From contig JAENWG010000002.1 of the NCBI GenBank assembly GCA_016650175.1, positions 8,214 to 72,213 on the forward strand: a DNA stretch of 64,000 nt, in the 5' to 3' direction. The notes below the pieces were generated by a model. That model saw only the letters and a program-made list of their open reading frames with translations, was not told where the DNA came from and searched no databases. The position numbers and the translations under genes are program-made. Shown in pieces: positions 47,196 to 56,646 of this stretch. This DNA comes from Peptostreptococcaceae bacterium (GTDB taxonomy: Bacteria > Bacillota > Clostridia > Peptostreptococcales > Anaerovoracaceae). Each line of letters begins with the position of its first letter. Positions within the stretch are counted from its first letter, which is position 1.

Positions 47196-49781
47196 CTATT
47201 CCTCAATTTCTCTTTTAAGTTCTTCTAATATTGATAAGGCCCTCATAGGCGTAATGTTATTTACATCTAAATGTTCTAATCTAAACTTTACAGCTTCATA
47301 ACTTTCATCTACTTCATTGTCAAATATTGAAAGTTGAAGTGGCTCAGTCTCTTTAGTTTCAGAACTTTCTAACTCCATTAACTTTATTTGAGCATTTTTT
47401 AGTATTGATTTAGGTATTCCTGCTATTTTTGCTACATGTATCCCATAACTTTTACTTGCAGGTCCTTTTTTTATTCTGTGCAAAAATACTATATTACCGT
47501 TTTTTTCACTAACGTCAATTGAAAAGTTCTTTACGCAATCTATTTTTTTCTCCATTACTGTTAATTCATGATAGTGAGTTGCAAATAGTGTTCTTACTTT
47601 TACGTCACCTTGACTTAGGTATTCTACTGCGGCCCATGCAATTGATAGTCCATCAAATGTACTTGTGCCTCTTCCTATTTCATCTAATATTATTAAACTT
47701 CTATCTTTTGCGTTTCTAAGTATATTAGCTAATTCACTCATTTCAACAAAGAATGTAGATTGTCCTTGTGATAAGTTGTCTGATGCTCCTATCCTAGTAA
47801 ATACTCTGTCTACCACTCCAATTTCCGCTTTTTTACAAGGTACGAAGCATCCAATTTGAGCCATTAGTACAATTAATGCTGTTTGTCTCATATATGTTGA
47901 TTTTCCTGACATGTTAGGCCCTGTAATGATCAGCATACTTTGATCTACGTTATTCATGCTTAAATCATTTGGTACAAATTGTCCTTGCCCTAGTATTTGC
48001 TCGATTGCAGGATGTCTTCCCTCTTCAATGTTCATTTCATAGCTATCATTTACTATTGGCATTATATAGCTGTTCTTTTGACTTACATCTGCAAATGATA
48101 CTAGTACATCTAATATAGCAACGCCATCTGAAGATACTTGTAGCCTTCTAATATATGGCTCTATACTTTCTCTTAAACTATCAAATAGTCTGTATTCTAG
48201 ATCATTTATTTTTGTTTCTGCATTTAATACAGTATTTTCCATTTCCTTTAGTTCAGGAGTAATATATCTTTCGCAATTAGTAAGTGTTTGTTTCCTTATA
48301 TATTGTTCTGGCACTTTGGATACATTTAATTTGGTTACCTCTAGGTAATATCCAAATACTCTGTTGTATCCTACTTTCAGAGTTTTTATGCCTGTTTTTT
48401 CTCTTTCTTCGTTTTCTAAGTTAGCTATCCAGGTTTTACCACCGCTAATTGAATCTTTTAATTCATCTAGTTCCTTAGAATATCCAGATTTAATGATTCC
48501 ACCTTCTTTTATAGTAAAAGAAGGATCATCTACTATTGCATCTTCAATTAGTGCATGTAACTCCGTAAAGCATTCTATTGAATCATTTAATTTTCTAATT
48601 AGTTCCGAATCAAGATTATCTAAAAGCTCTTTAACATCAGGTAATACAGCTAGTGTTGATTTTAATGCTATTAAATCTTTTCCGTTTGCACGTCCACTTG
48701 CTATTCTTCCTGTTAATCTTTCAAAATCATATATTTGTTTCAAGTTTTCTCTGATATCATTTTTATATAATAAATTTTCACTAAGCGTTTTAACGGCGCT
48801 TAGTCTCTCATTTACTAGTTCCGAGTTGTTTAATGGCTCTCTTATCCAAGACTTTAACTTTCTTGAACCCATAGCAGTAGATGTTTTATCAAGTACTCCT
48901 AAAAGAGATCCTTTGCTATCTTTACTGTACAGTGTTTCTAATAGTTCTAAATTCCTAATTGTTGCTTTATCAAGTGACATATGGTTTTTTACTTCAATGT
49001 ATTCTAAGTGCTTTATTTGTGATAAATTCTGCTTCTGAGTTTCGAAAAGATATAGGAATAGTGAACCTGTAGCTATTATGCTTAATTCCTTGTCTTCTAT
49101 TCCAATAGGCATCAGTGACACCATGTTAAATTGACTCAAAATCGCCTCCGTGCAGGTTTTTAATGTGAAGTACGATTCATCTATCACATTAATATATCCG
49201 CCTACCTGAGAGCGAAGATTATCCTCTCCTACTCTATCTAATATTTCATCAGTTAGTAATATTTCCTTAGGTGATATTTTAACTAATTCACTTATTAAAT
49301 TATCAAAATATATACTGTCATTAAATGACGTCGTATACATTTGACCTGTAGTAATATCTCCATACGCTATCCCTACGGTTTTACCCATTTGGAATATTGA
49401 TGCTATGTATAAATTTTCCTTATCGGATATTGCACTTTTTATGGTGTTTGTACCAGGCGTCATAATTCTTACTACGTCTCTTTTAACTAGTCCTTTTGCT
49501 TTCGAAGGGTCTTCTGTTTGTTCGCATATTGCTACTTTATATCCCTTTTCTAAAAGCTTACCTATATATGCTTCTGCTGCATGATAAGGTACTCCACACA
49601 TGGGAGCTCTTTCCTCAAGCCCACAGTTTTTTCCTGTAAGCGTTATTTCTAATTCTCTAGATACGAGTTTTGCATCTTCAAAGAACATTTCATAAAAATC
49701 TCCTAACCTAAAAAAGAGAATACAGTCCTTATGCTGTCCTCTAATTTCTAGGTATTGTTGCATCATTGGTGATAGTGCCAT
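47196..49781 (-). CDS. mutS: DNA mismatch repair protein MutS
   Basis: TPMMQQY, GDFYE, Walker A GPNMSGKST, DEIGRGTST, THYHEL. Confidence 0.95.
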   Translation of the reverse strand: MALSPMMQQYLEIRGQHKDCILFFRLGDFYEMFFEDAKLVSRELEITLTGKNCGLEERAPMCGVPYHAAEAYIGKLLEKGYKVAICEQTEDPSKAKGLVKRDVVRIMTPGTNTIKSAISDKENLYIASIFQMGKTVGIAYGDITTGQMYTTSFNDSIYFDNLISELVKISPKEILLTDEILDRVGEDNLRSQVGGYINVIDESYFTLKTCTEAILSQFNMVSLMPIGIEDKELSIIATGSLFLYLFETQKQNLSQIKHLEYIEVKNHMSLDKATIRNLELLETLYSKDSKGSLLGVLDKTSTAMGSRKLKSWIREPLNNSELVNERLSAVKTLSENLLYKNDIRENLKQIYDFERLTGRIASGRANGKDLIALKSTLAVLPDVKELLDNLDSELIRKLNDSIECFTELHALIEDAIVDDPSFTIKEGGIIKSGYSKELDELKDSISGGKTWIANLENEEREKTGIKTLKVGYNRVFGYYLEVTKLNVSKVPEQYIRKQTLTNCERYITPELKEMENTVLNAETKINDLEYRLFDSLRESIEPYIRRLQVSSDGVAILDVLVSFADVSQKNSYIMPIVNDSYEMNIEEGRHPAIEQILGQGQFVPNDLSMNNVDQSMLIITGPNMSGKSTYMRQTALIVLMAQIGCFVPCKKAEIGVVDRVFTRIGASDNLSQGQSTFFVEMSELANILRNAKDRSLIILDEIGRGTSTFDGLSIAWAAVEYLSQGDVKVRTLFATHYHELTVMEKKIDCVKNFSIDVSEKNGNIVFLHRIKKGPASKSYGIHVAKIAGIPKSILKNAQIKLMELESSETKETEPLQLSIFDNEVDESYEAVKFRLEHLDVNNITPMRALSILEELKREIEE

Positions 49782-49905
49782 ATTATTTCTCCTACCTGTT
49801 TATTATTAGTAATATTGTATCATATTTTAGGAATAGTTTCATTATTTTCTTTATACTTGTGACTATGGTATAATTACTTTACCTTAAAGAAAGGATGGTT
49901 ATATT

Positions 49906-50889
49906 ATGAATAAATTTAAGAAGATATTTAATCCTGAATACTTTCAGGGTAACATAAAAAGCAACAACTATTTTGAAGGTTGGTACTATAAATTAACCAA
50001 TTTGGAAGAGTCGTTTTCCTATGCGATCATACCTGGTGTTTCGTTATCTGACAGCAGTCATGCCTTTATACAGGTAATTGAAGGCAGCACTGGTAAAACA
50101 TATAACTTTACCTTTGATCTTAAAGATTTTTCATACGGTACAAATGAGTTTTTTGTAAAAATTGGTGATAATGTTTTTGCAAAAAAAAGTATAAAGCTAA
50201 ATTTAAAAAACGAAGAATTCGAATTAAGCGGAATAATCGACTTTGATGAAGTAGTTGACTTTCCAAAAAATATACTAAGCCCAGGTATTATGGGTATTTT
50301 TTCATATATTCCTTATATGCAGTGCAACCACGGAGTTGTTAATATTACGCATAAAACAAGTGGCCAACTGTTACTTAACAATATTAAACTTCCTATGGAT
50401 AACGGTTACGGTTATATTGAAAAAGACTGGGGTAATTCTTTCCCTTCAAGCTGGCTTTGGCTACAAGGTAATAACTTTGAAAATACCGAAGCATCATTTA
50501 TGCTATCTGTTGCTAATGTTCCTTTTATGGGCTCTGAATTTGTAGGTTTTTTAGGCTTTCTGTATTTTGACGGAGAAGTTCATAAATTTGCGACCTACAA
50601 TAGAAGCAAAATTAAAAACATTGAATTAAACGGTAACAATCTATCAGTTACAATAAAAAAGAACCAATACACTCTAAAGATAAGTGCTACGAATGACGGA
50701 GTCGGTACGCTAAAAGCTCCTGTAAACGGTTCTATGACTTCAACTGTTAATGAAAGTATTAATGCTAATATAACTATTACACTAGAAAAGGACAATGAAG
50801 TTATTTTTCAGGACACTTCATACATGTGCGGAATGGAAGTCTCAGAACTATCAGACGAGCTAATTGGTAAAATTAATAAAGGGAGTTGA
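49906..50889 (+). CDS. Tocopherol cyclase-like family protein
   Basis: YFEGWYYKL near the N-terminus and IEKDWGNSFPSSWLWLQGNNF resemble the FFEGWYFK / EKNWG..FP..W.W.Q.N.F motifs of VTE1-type cyclases, recalled from memory. Confidence 0.6.
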   Translation: MNKFKKIFNPEYFQGNIKSNNYFEGWYYKLTNLEESFSYAIIPGVSLSDSSHAFIQVIEGSTGKTYNFTFDLKDFSYGTNEFFVKIGDNVFAKKSIKLNLKNEEFELSGIIDFDEVVDFPKNILSPGIMGIFSYIPYMQCNHGVVNITHKTSGQLLLNNIKLPMDNGYGYIEKDWGNSFPSSWLWLQGNNFENTEASFMLSVANVPFMGSEFVGFLGFLYFDGEVHKFATYNRSKIKNIELNGNNLSVTIKKNQYTLKISATNDGVGTLKAPVNGSMTSTVNESINANITITLEKDNEVIFQDTSYMCGMEVSELSDELIGKINKGS

Positions 50890-50893
50890 TTTT

Positions 50894-51907
50894 ATGATTA
50901 AGAAAAGTTTTGACATGAACAAGGTATTAAAATACTCATTTTTAGTATCTATTGCCTTAATGATTCTAATTTACTTAACATCACTTACCCTTGGCAGATT
51001 TCATGTTATGTTACTTGAAGATCAAGGTTCTTCTTGGTACTACTGGAAGCTACCAAAACTTAGTATAATCGCTACAGCTTCTGCTTGGATATTATATCTT
51101 ACACACCAATTTACTGTTTGGTACCTTATTTTAAAAATGAAAAAACAGCCCATGTCAGATGCTGGCAAAGTTTCGGGTTTAAACGTTCTTATGCTTTTAG
51201 TAAATCTAGGCTTTATACTTCTTCATATAGGTCAAACCATGCTTTTTTACGATGGCCTTGCTCAGAATCTACCAATAATGACTTCTCAAGGCTCAGTAAT
51301 TGTAATGCTTGTCCTTATACTGATAATTCTTAATTCTAGAAGAGGTTTATTCTTTGGTAAATCCGTAAAACTAACTGAAAAAGCGACCTTATCAGTATAT
51401 AAATATCATGGTATGTATATTTCTTGGGCTCTTGTATATACTTTTTGGTTCCACCCTACCGAAGGCACCATTGGTCATTTAATGGGTTTCTTTTATATGT
51501 TCCTTTTAATGATACAAATGTCAATGTCAAATACAACACACCATTTTAATATTAAATGGATTACTCTATTAGAAGTATACGTAGCAGTTCATGGAGCAAT
51601 AGTAGCTATTGAGGCAGGTAACGGAATGTGGCCGATGTTCCTGTTTGGTTTCCTATTTATGTTTGTGGTTACGCAGGCTTACGGCGTTATAGACAAAAAG
51701 TCAGCGCTGATTGGCATTACAGTAGCGTATATATTGTCTGCTATAGTAGTATTTAGTGGTGTACTTGGTAATGACAATACAATAACTGATCTTTATCAAA
51801 TTACTTGGATCCCTATTGTTCTTTATGCCCTTGTATTTGTAATAGCATACGCACTCGAAGGTACTAATAAATTAATAAATGTAAGTAAAAATGTGAGGTT
51901 AAAATGA
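50894..51907 (+). CDS. Polytopic membrane protein, unknown family (about 8 TM)
   Basis: Hydrophobic segments throughout. The ATG at 50894 follows AAGGGAG; the ORF track starts at 50864. Its 3' end overlaps the next gene's start (ATGA). Confidence 0.5.
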   Translation: MIKKSFDMNKVLKYSFLVSIALMILIYLTSLTLGRFHVMLLEDQGSSWYYWKLPKLSIIATASAWILYLTHQFTVWYLILKMKKQPMSDAGKVSGLNVLMLLVNLGFILLHIGQTMLFYDGLAQNLPIMTSQGSVIVMLVLILIILNSRRGLFFGKSVKLTEKATLSVYKYHGMYISWALVYTFWFHPTEGTIGHLMGFFYMFLLMIQMSMSNTTHHFNIKWITLLEVYVAVHGAIVAIEAGNGMWPMFLFGFLFMFVVTQAYGVIDKKSALIGITVAYILSAIVVFSGVLGNDNTITDLYQITWIPIVLYALVFVIAYALEGTNKLINVSKNVRLK

Positions 51908-52797
51908 AAATAGTTGCTAAATCAATTTTAATAAAAGAACAAATTTTAGATAAAGTTAATAAAGGCTGTGATGCACTTGAAATACAGCTAGCGGAAGAAC
52001 TTTATACGTCCCCTCCTCCTCATAATATTAATGATTTATTTGATAATGATCTATTAAATATTACTGATATTTATTCTGTGCATCTTCCTTTAGGAAAACA
52101 TAGATTTGATACTAATTTAGATGATGTTTTTTCAAGTGATAGGATTTTTGCTTTTTATGACGGATGCAGTATTGCACAAAAGTCAGCAAAAATATGGAAT
52201 CATCCAGTTAGGCTTATTCTTCATTTTGAAATGGATTTTGATAAGATGATTAGAGCTGACTATATTACTGATCACATCATAACAGTATTTCGTAATGCTC
52301 TAAATGACTATCCTGATGTAATATTCGCCATAGAAAATGTAATACCCCTCCTTCCTAAACAAAACGGATGGTATTTAAGTTCTAACGGATTTGATGACTG
52401 TGTAAGACTAGTCGAATACTTAAGAACGCAATTAAATACTAAAAGGTTCTCCGTAGTTCTAGATACCTGTCATGCAGGTATGACTATTTACTATCTAGAT
52501 GTCCTATATAGCCTTTTAAACCAAGCTCACGACAAATACGCTATGGAAGATTTTTTCAAAGCTTACAGTGAATACTGTGATACTATTCATCTTTGTACAT
52601 TTAAAGAAGATGGCTTTTATAAAAACCACGGAATTGGATTTCAAGATAATCATAAGCTACTTGAAGAATATGTTGATTTATGGAACAAATATACAAAAAA
52701 CGCAGCACTTGTATTAGAGGTGCGTGAAGATGATTATACAAACAGTATTAACTTTTATGAAAACTCACTTCTAATTAAAGAATATTTAGAAGTATAA
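51904..52797 (+). CDS. Xylose-isomerase-like TIM-barrel (sugar phosphate isomerase/epimerase, AP_endonuc_2-like) protein
   Basis: Spaced H/E/D pattern: SVHLP, ILHFE, AIENV, VLDTCHAG, IHLC, LVLEV. Motif-level evidence only. Confidence 0.45.
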   Translation: MKIVAKSILIKEQILDKVNKGCDALEIQLAEELYTSPPPHNINDLFDNDLLNITDIYSVHLPLGKHRFDTNLDDVFSSDRIFAFYDGCSIAQKSAKIWNHPVRLILHFEMDFDKMIRADYITDHIITVFRNALNDYPDVIFAIENVIPLLPKQNGWYLSSNGFDDCVRLVEYLRTQLNTKRFSVVLDTCHAGMTIYYLDVLYSLLNQAHDKYAMEDFFKAYSEYCDTIHLCTFKEDGFYKNHGIGFQDNHKLLEEYVDLWNKYTKNAALVLEVREDDYTNSINFYENSLLIKEYLEV

Positions 52798-52890
52798 GAA
52801 AATATATATTAGCATAACTATATATAATAATTCACTGTCACCTTAATAGGCGACTCTTTTACTTTTATGGTTATAACTTTTTTGTTAAAG

Positions 52891-52916
52891 GATGGTTCTT
52901 AACAATCATCTTTTTT
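52891..52916 (+). terminator. Rho-independent terminator after the three-gene operon
   Basis: GATGGTT-CTTAAC-AATCATC stem (one G-T pair) followed by TTTTTT. Confidence 0.5.
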
Positions 52917-53087
52917 CAGTCGCCCAACATTGCATAATATCAAGGGTAAAAGTCCCAAGTACAAAAACAATAGAAATATAACGCACATATGATTTTAAAT
53001 AATGTTAAAATGTGTATGACAATGTTCAAATTCATCTTCTTAAATCCTTACGGATTTTCTTAGTAATTGCGTATATTTAAATAGTAG

Positions 53088-53792
53088 TTATTCACAATAC
53101 TTGCTATATTCTTTTTCACATTCATTAAAAAAAGTTCCCCAATCAGAATTAACTTTCTTTTCATTTGTAGTTAAATAATAGAGAAGTTTATATATACCTT
53201 TTAACAGATTTGAGTTCTTATGAAAAACACGAATAGCATAAATCAATTCATATACCTTAATAGCTCCAAGAGAATGTAAAAATGGATTTAATTCAGTTCT
53301 ATTAATTAAAGAAATTGCATTTGAGTCATTTGTAGAAAAATAAATTAATTTCTTTGCAACTGCATAAGAAATAGATTTAACTTCACCACGATCATTGCGA
53401 TTATCCATATGTGGATTAAAATTTGTAAACTGTGATATTTTTTCTTCTATTGTATTTCTAATAGATTTTTCATTTGGCGTTAAATCATCATCTTTTAGCA
53501 ATATAATTTCACCAGAAGTAATTTTAATATCAATATATTTTTTTATAATCTCAGTTTCAGAAATCTCACGATAAACAGCTTCGTGGATTGCTACATTTGA
53601 GAATACACTCAATAAAGGTTCTATAAAAGCATCTTTATATTTTTCAAACGGTATATTTAAACTAGCAGAATTTTTCAAATCAAGGTCTGACCGATCTGGT
53701 GGAATAATCAAATTTGCATCAATAATTACAGTTTGACTTTTATCTTTTAATAATTCAATAAATTCTTGATTTGGGATGATTACTTTAGCCAT
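53088..53792 (-). CDS. PIN-like (DUF4411-like) putative nuclease; candidate toxin/effector
   Basis: 234 aa. Acidic residues at PIN-like spacing: D25 (VIIDANLI), E71 (IHEAVYRE), D134/E137 (NDRGEVKSISYAVA), D156 (YFSTNDSNA). Start overlaps the upstream stop (TAATG). Confidence 0.45.
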   Translation of the reverse strand: MAKVIIPNQEFIELLKDKSQTVIIDANLIIPPDRSDLDLKNSASLNIPFEKYKDAFIEPLLSVFSNVAIHEAVYREISETEIIKKYIDIKITSGEIILLKDDDLTPNEKSIRNTIEEKISQFTNFNPHMDNRNDRGEVKSISYAVAKKLIYFSTNDSNAISLINRTELNPFLHSLGAIKVYELIYAIRVFHKNSNLLKGIYKLLYYLTTNEKKVNSDWGTFFNECEKEYSKYCE

Positions 53793-54679
53793 TAGTCATC
53801 AGCTCCAAACAATTCCGCTATTTCATCAATATCATCTTCATTCACATTAATTTTGTAACCAAAATCTTCTATTTTTTTGTCAAATATCTTCAAATCCCTA
53901 ATAGTTGAATCTAGTGTTATCGTCTCTTCATCATAGTTTTGTAATATTGTATTCAAAGCCTCCATATCGACACCATGCTTATTTGTTTCTCTATTTAATC
54001 TTACGAAGACAAATTCATTTATTGTTTTCCCAATTTTGTAATATACGCTTTCATTATCTCTTTCATTAATAGATAATAATTCATATTTTAAGCTCTGTTC
54101 AATTGCCCCAATCTCGTTAAGACGTTTTACTATCATTTTATACGGAACCTGATAATCAATTTGAATTTGAACAATCAATCTTAATAGAGCATTGTTACTC
54201 CATTTGTCCAAATCAACACTTCCACGGTTCTGTTTTTTAACCAATGTAATTAAGGTTTCTGTCGGAAGTAAAAATTCAGCAGCAAACCTATTTGCTTTTG
54301 AATTTATAAGTTCATCATCAGGTTCTGAAATTCTTTGAATGTGTAAATAATTTTTATTATCATCAATATGATGATAATATTCATGACATGCGTTAAAAAT
54401 TTGTAAATCTAAAGGTACTAATGTATTAATCGCAATGTAATACGATTGTATACCAGTTACAGAGCTACTCTTCTCTAAATAAAAGGCTACAAGTCCCTTT
54501 GTATTTTCCGTTTTTATAGCAAAATTTAATAACTGAATATTATTATCTCTAAAAACTGAAAATATTTTTTCACCAATTGGTCCCATACCTAAGTCTAGTA
54601 ATCTTCGCTTTGATTTTGTTAATTCAACAAGATTCAACTCTTCATTTGGGTTTAACACTACTTTATTAATACCTTCCAT
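53792..54679 (-). CDS. ImmA/IrrE family (COG2856) Zn metallopeptidase with extra C-terminal domain
   Basis: HEYYH (H99-E100-x-x-H103) and ANRFAAEFLLP downstream motif. About 150 further residues of unknown domain. Confidence 0.75.
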   Translation of the reverse strand: MEGINKVVLNPNEELNLVELTKSKRRLLDLGMGPIGEKIFSVFRDNNIQLLNFAIKTENTKGLVAFYLEKSSSVTGIQSYYIAINTLVPLDLQIFNACHEYYHHIDDNKNYLHIQRISEPDDELINSKANRFAAEFLLPTETLITLVKKQNRGSVDLDKWSNNALLRLIVQIQIDYQVPYKMIVKRLNEIGAIEQSLKYELLSINERDNESVYYKIGKTINEFVFVRLNRETNKHGVDMEALNTILQNYDEETITLDSTIRDLKIFDKKIEDFGYKINVNEDDIDEIAELFGADD

Positions 54680-55019
54680 AATTGTTTTCCCTTAAGTTTT
54701 TATGTTTATCTAAACATAAAATCATTTCAATCAACTCGTTGAAAACTTTCTTTTCTTCAGCTGATTTTGCCTCTCCTTTTAAAGCTATTATAACATCTTG
54801 CTTACTTTCAACCTCAAGTATATCAGCGAAGTCATTACCTGTTACTTCTAGTATTTTTTCTATTTGATCCAATTTAGGTAGATGTTGCCCTCTTTCTATT
54901 TTTCCATATATCTGATCATTAAGCGATAGCAAATCTGCCATTTCTACTTGATTTAATTGATTTACTTTTTTATATTTCAAACAAATATTTGCAAGTTTAT
55001 TAATATTGATTTTTGACAT
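54666..55019 (-). CDS. XRE-family HTH transcriptional regulator
   Basis: LNQVEMADLLSLNDQIYGKIERGQHLPKLDQIEKI is a Cro/C1-type HTH. Its 3' end overlaps the ImmA start by 14 nt. Confidence 0.75.
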   Translation of the reverse strand: MSKININKLANICLKYKKVNQLNQVEMADLLSLNDQIYGKIERGQHLPKLDQIEKILEVTGNDFADILEVESKQDVIIALKGEAKSAEEKKVFNELIEMILCLDKHKNLRENNYGRY

Positions 55020-55064
55020 AACAATTCTCCTTTCAAAAAAACAATCATTTCTTCCTGTACACGT

Positions 55065-55093
55065 ATTATATACTTTAATTATATATAATGCAA
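55065..55093 (-). promoter_or_regulatory. SigA-type promoter of the XRE-ImmA-PIN operon
   Basis: Minus strand TTGCAT (55093-55088) - 17 nt - TATAAT (55070-55065), about 45 nt upstream of the XRE start. RBS AAAGGAGAA. Confidence 0.45.
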
Positions 55094-55537
55094 ACTATTC
55101 ATTATATTTCATTACTATTTATTGTTTTAGCATATTTGTAATATACTATTTCCTATCATTAATTTTTTTTACTAACAATATTTCACTTTGTAATGATATA
55201 GATTCTCTTATATAAAAGCTTATAATCAATCAGGGAGTCATTTTTAATATACTACAAACATCTGATAAATTATGTTTCATAAAGAGTATTTATTCCTTAA
55301 AAATAAGTTGCAATGCTTCTTCAATAAAAAAAAACATTGAATGATTTTATATTTTGCTCACTCAATAGCCCGTTGTTCAAATTCTCCATATACAACTTCT
55401 CTAAAATCAGTTCATGATTCAAAGAATATCCTTCATTTCAAACTAGTAAGTAATTCTTAAAAGTTACTTATTCCATATTTTATAGGGCGGCATGTCCTAG
55501 ATATATTAACTTACAATATTCCACGATAGGCCCTAAA

Positions 55538-55891
55538 TCATTTACTTAATAACGCAAGGATACTAATAAAAACTGCTACGGCAGAAATAAACATAGGAAT
55601 CATCCATTTCCAAAAATCATAATATTTACGTTCAATCATTTCGTTTGCTTTGGTTGTGGCAAATGAAACAAACCTTGAGTCCATTGAAAACTGTGGTAGT
55701 TCAAAATTTATCCATTCTCCTTCAACATTCTTGGTTATTATATATTGCTCTTTATTTAAATTTTCAAGCAAAAATATATTTGCATAATCCTTACCAAATT
55801 TTTTCTGCAATTTCCCCCAAGTTATACCGTGCATACTGTGATTATGTACATATTTCAGAATTTTCATTGTTTTTTTATCAAACGCTACCAT
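55538..55891 (-). CDS. Hypothetical protein, soluble N-terminal (possibly winged-helix) domain plus C-terminal TM anchor
   Basis: The ATG at 55891 is 9 nt after GGAGGTG. C-terminal WKWMIPMFISAVAVFISILALL is a TM helix. No family recognised. Confidence 0.4.
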   Translation of the reverse strand: MVAFDKKTMKILKYVHNHSMHGITWGKLQKKFGKDYANIFLLENLNKEQYIITKNVEGEWINFELPQFSMDSRFVSFATTKANEMIERKYYDFWKWMIPMFISAVAVFISILALLSK

Positions 55892-56036
55892 GCACAAACA
55901 CCTCCTTATTCACATTCTTATTATACGCCTCTAAAATTCGTTCTATATATACTAATCTACTACGCTAAAACACATCATATTATGCAACGTTTTTCTTCTT
56001 TCATCGGTTACCTTTGCACTTGACACAAAATTAATT

Positions 56037-56492
56037 TTAATAAGTACTTAATTTCAGGTTCTTTTTAACGATATACATTTGCTCCTCCAAAAAATCATAA
56101 TAATCAACATCATCTGGTACATTCAGATCATTATGTACTATCTCCGCAATATTTTTCAGTGAGCAAACTGCATCTATTAATTTTTTTCTTCTCGGTATAC
56201 CAATACAAACCCTCGGTTTTATTTCAATCAATCCTTTAAGACTCGCTGCCAAATCTTTTAATTCTATAGTTACATTATTATAATCAAAAAGATATTTATT
56301 GCTACTGCTTTGCATAATATCGACTTTATCAAATAAATTATAATCATATAATTCAAACATTTTAGCTATTTCCTTTTTAATTTGTTTATATTCTTTTAAT
56401 GGCTCTATCCATATTTCTTTAGCACTTTCGGTAACCGAAAATATAACTATACTACTTATTACGGTAATTAATATAGGTAAAAAATTATCCAT
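56037..56492 (-). CDS. Hypothetical protein with N-terminal TM anchor
   Basis: 151 aa. FLPILITVISSIVIFSV is a TM helix. RBS GAGG upstream. No family recognised. Confidence 0.4.
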   Translation of the reverse strand: MDNFLPILITVISSIVIFSVTESAKEIWIEPLKEYKQIKKEIAKMFELYDYNLFDKVDIMQSSSNKYLFDYNNVTIELKDLAASLKGLIEIKPRVCIGIPRRKKLIDAVCSLKNIAEIVHNDLNVPDDVDYYDFLEEQMYIVKKNLKLSTY

Positions 56493-56646
56493 TTTTTACC
56501 TCTTCTCCTAAGTGATTTCTCAATTTATGTTTTCTGACTATTCAATTATATAATCAATTGCTTCCCTTAAATTACTACTCCTATATTATGTCTATAAATA
56601 TTGAACTTTTTTACCTTAGTGTTTTGTTTCTCCTTTATAAATCCTA

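Noticed and set aside
55006-56023. Plus-strand ORFs 55006-55215, 55645-55968 and 55829-56023
   Set aside because: They are AT-rich-frame artefacts (I/F/Y/L/N-rich) overlapping a promoter region or the better supported minus-strand gene 55538-55891. They have no RBS.
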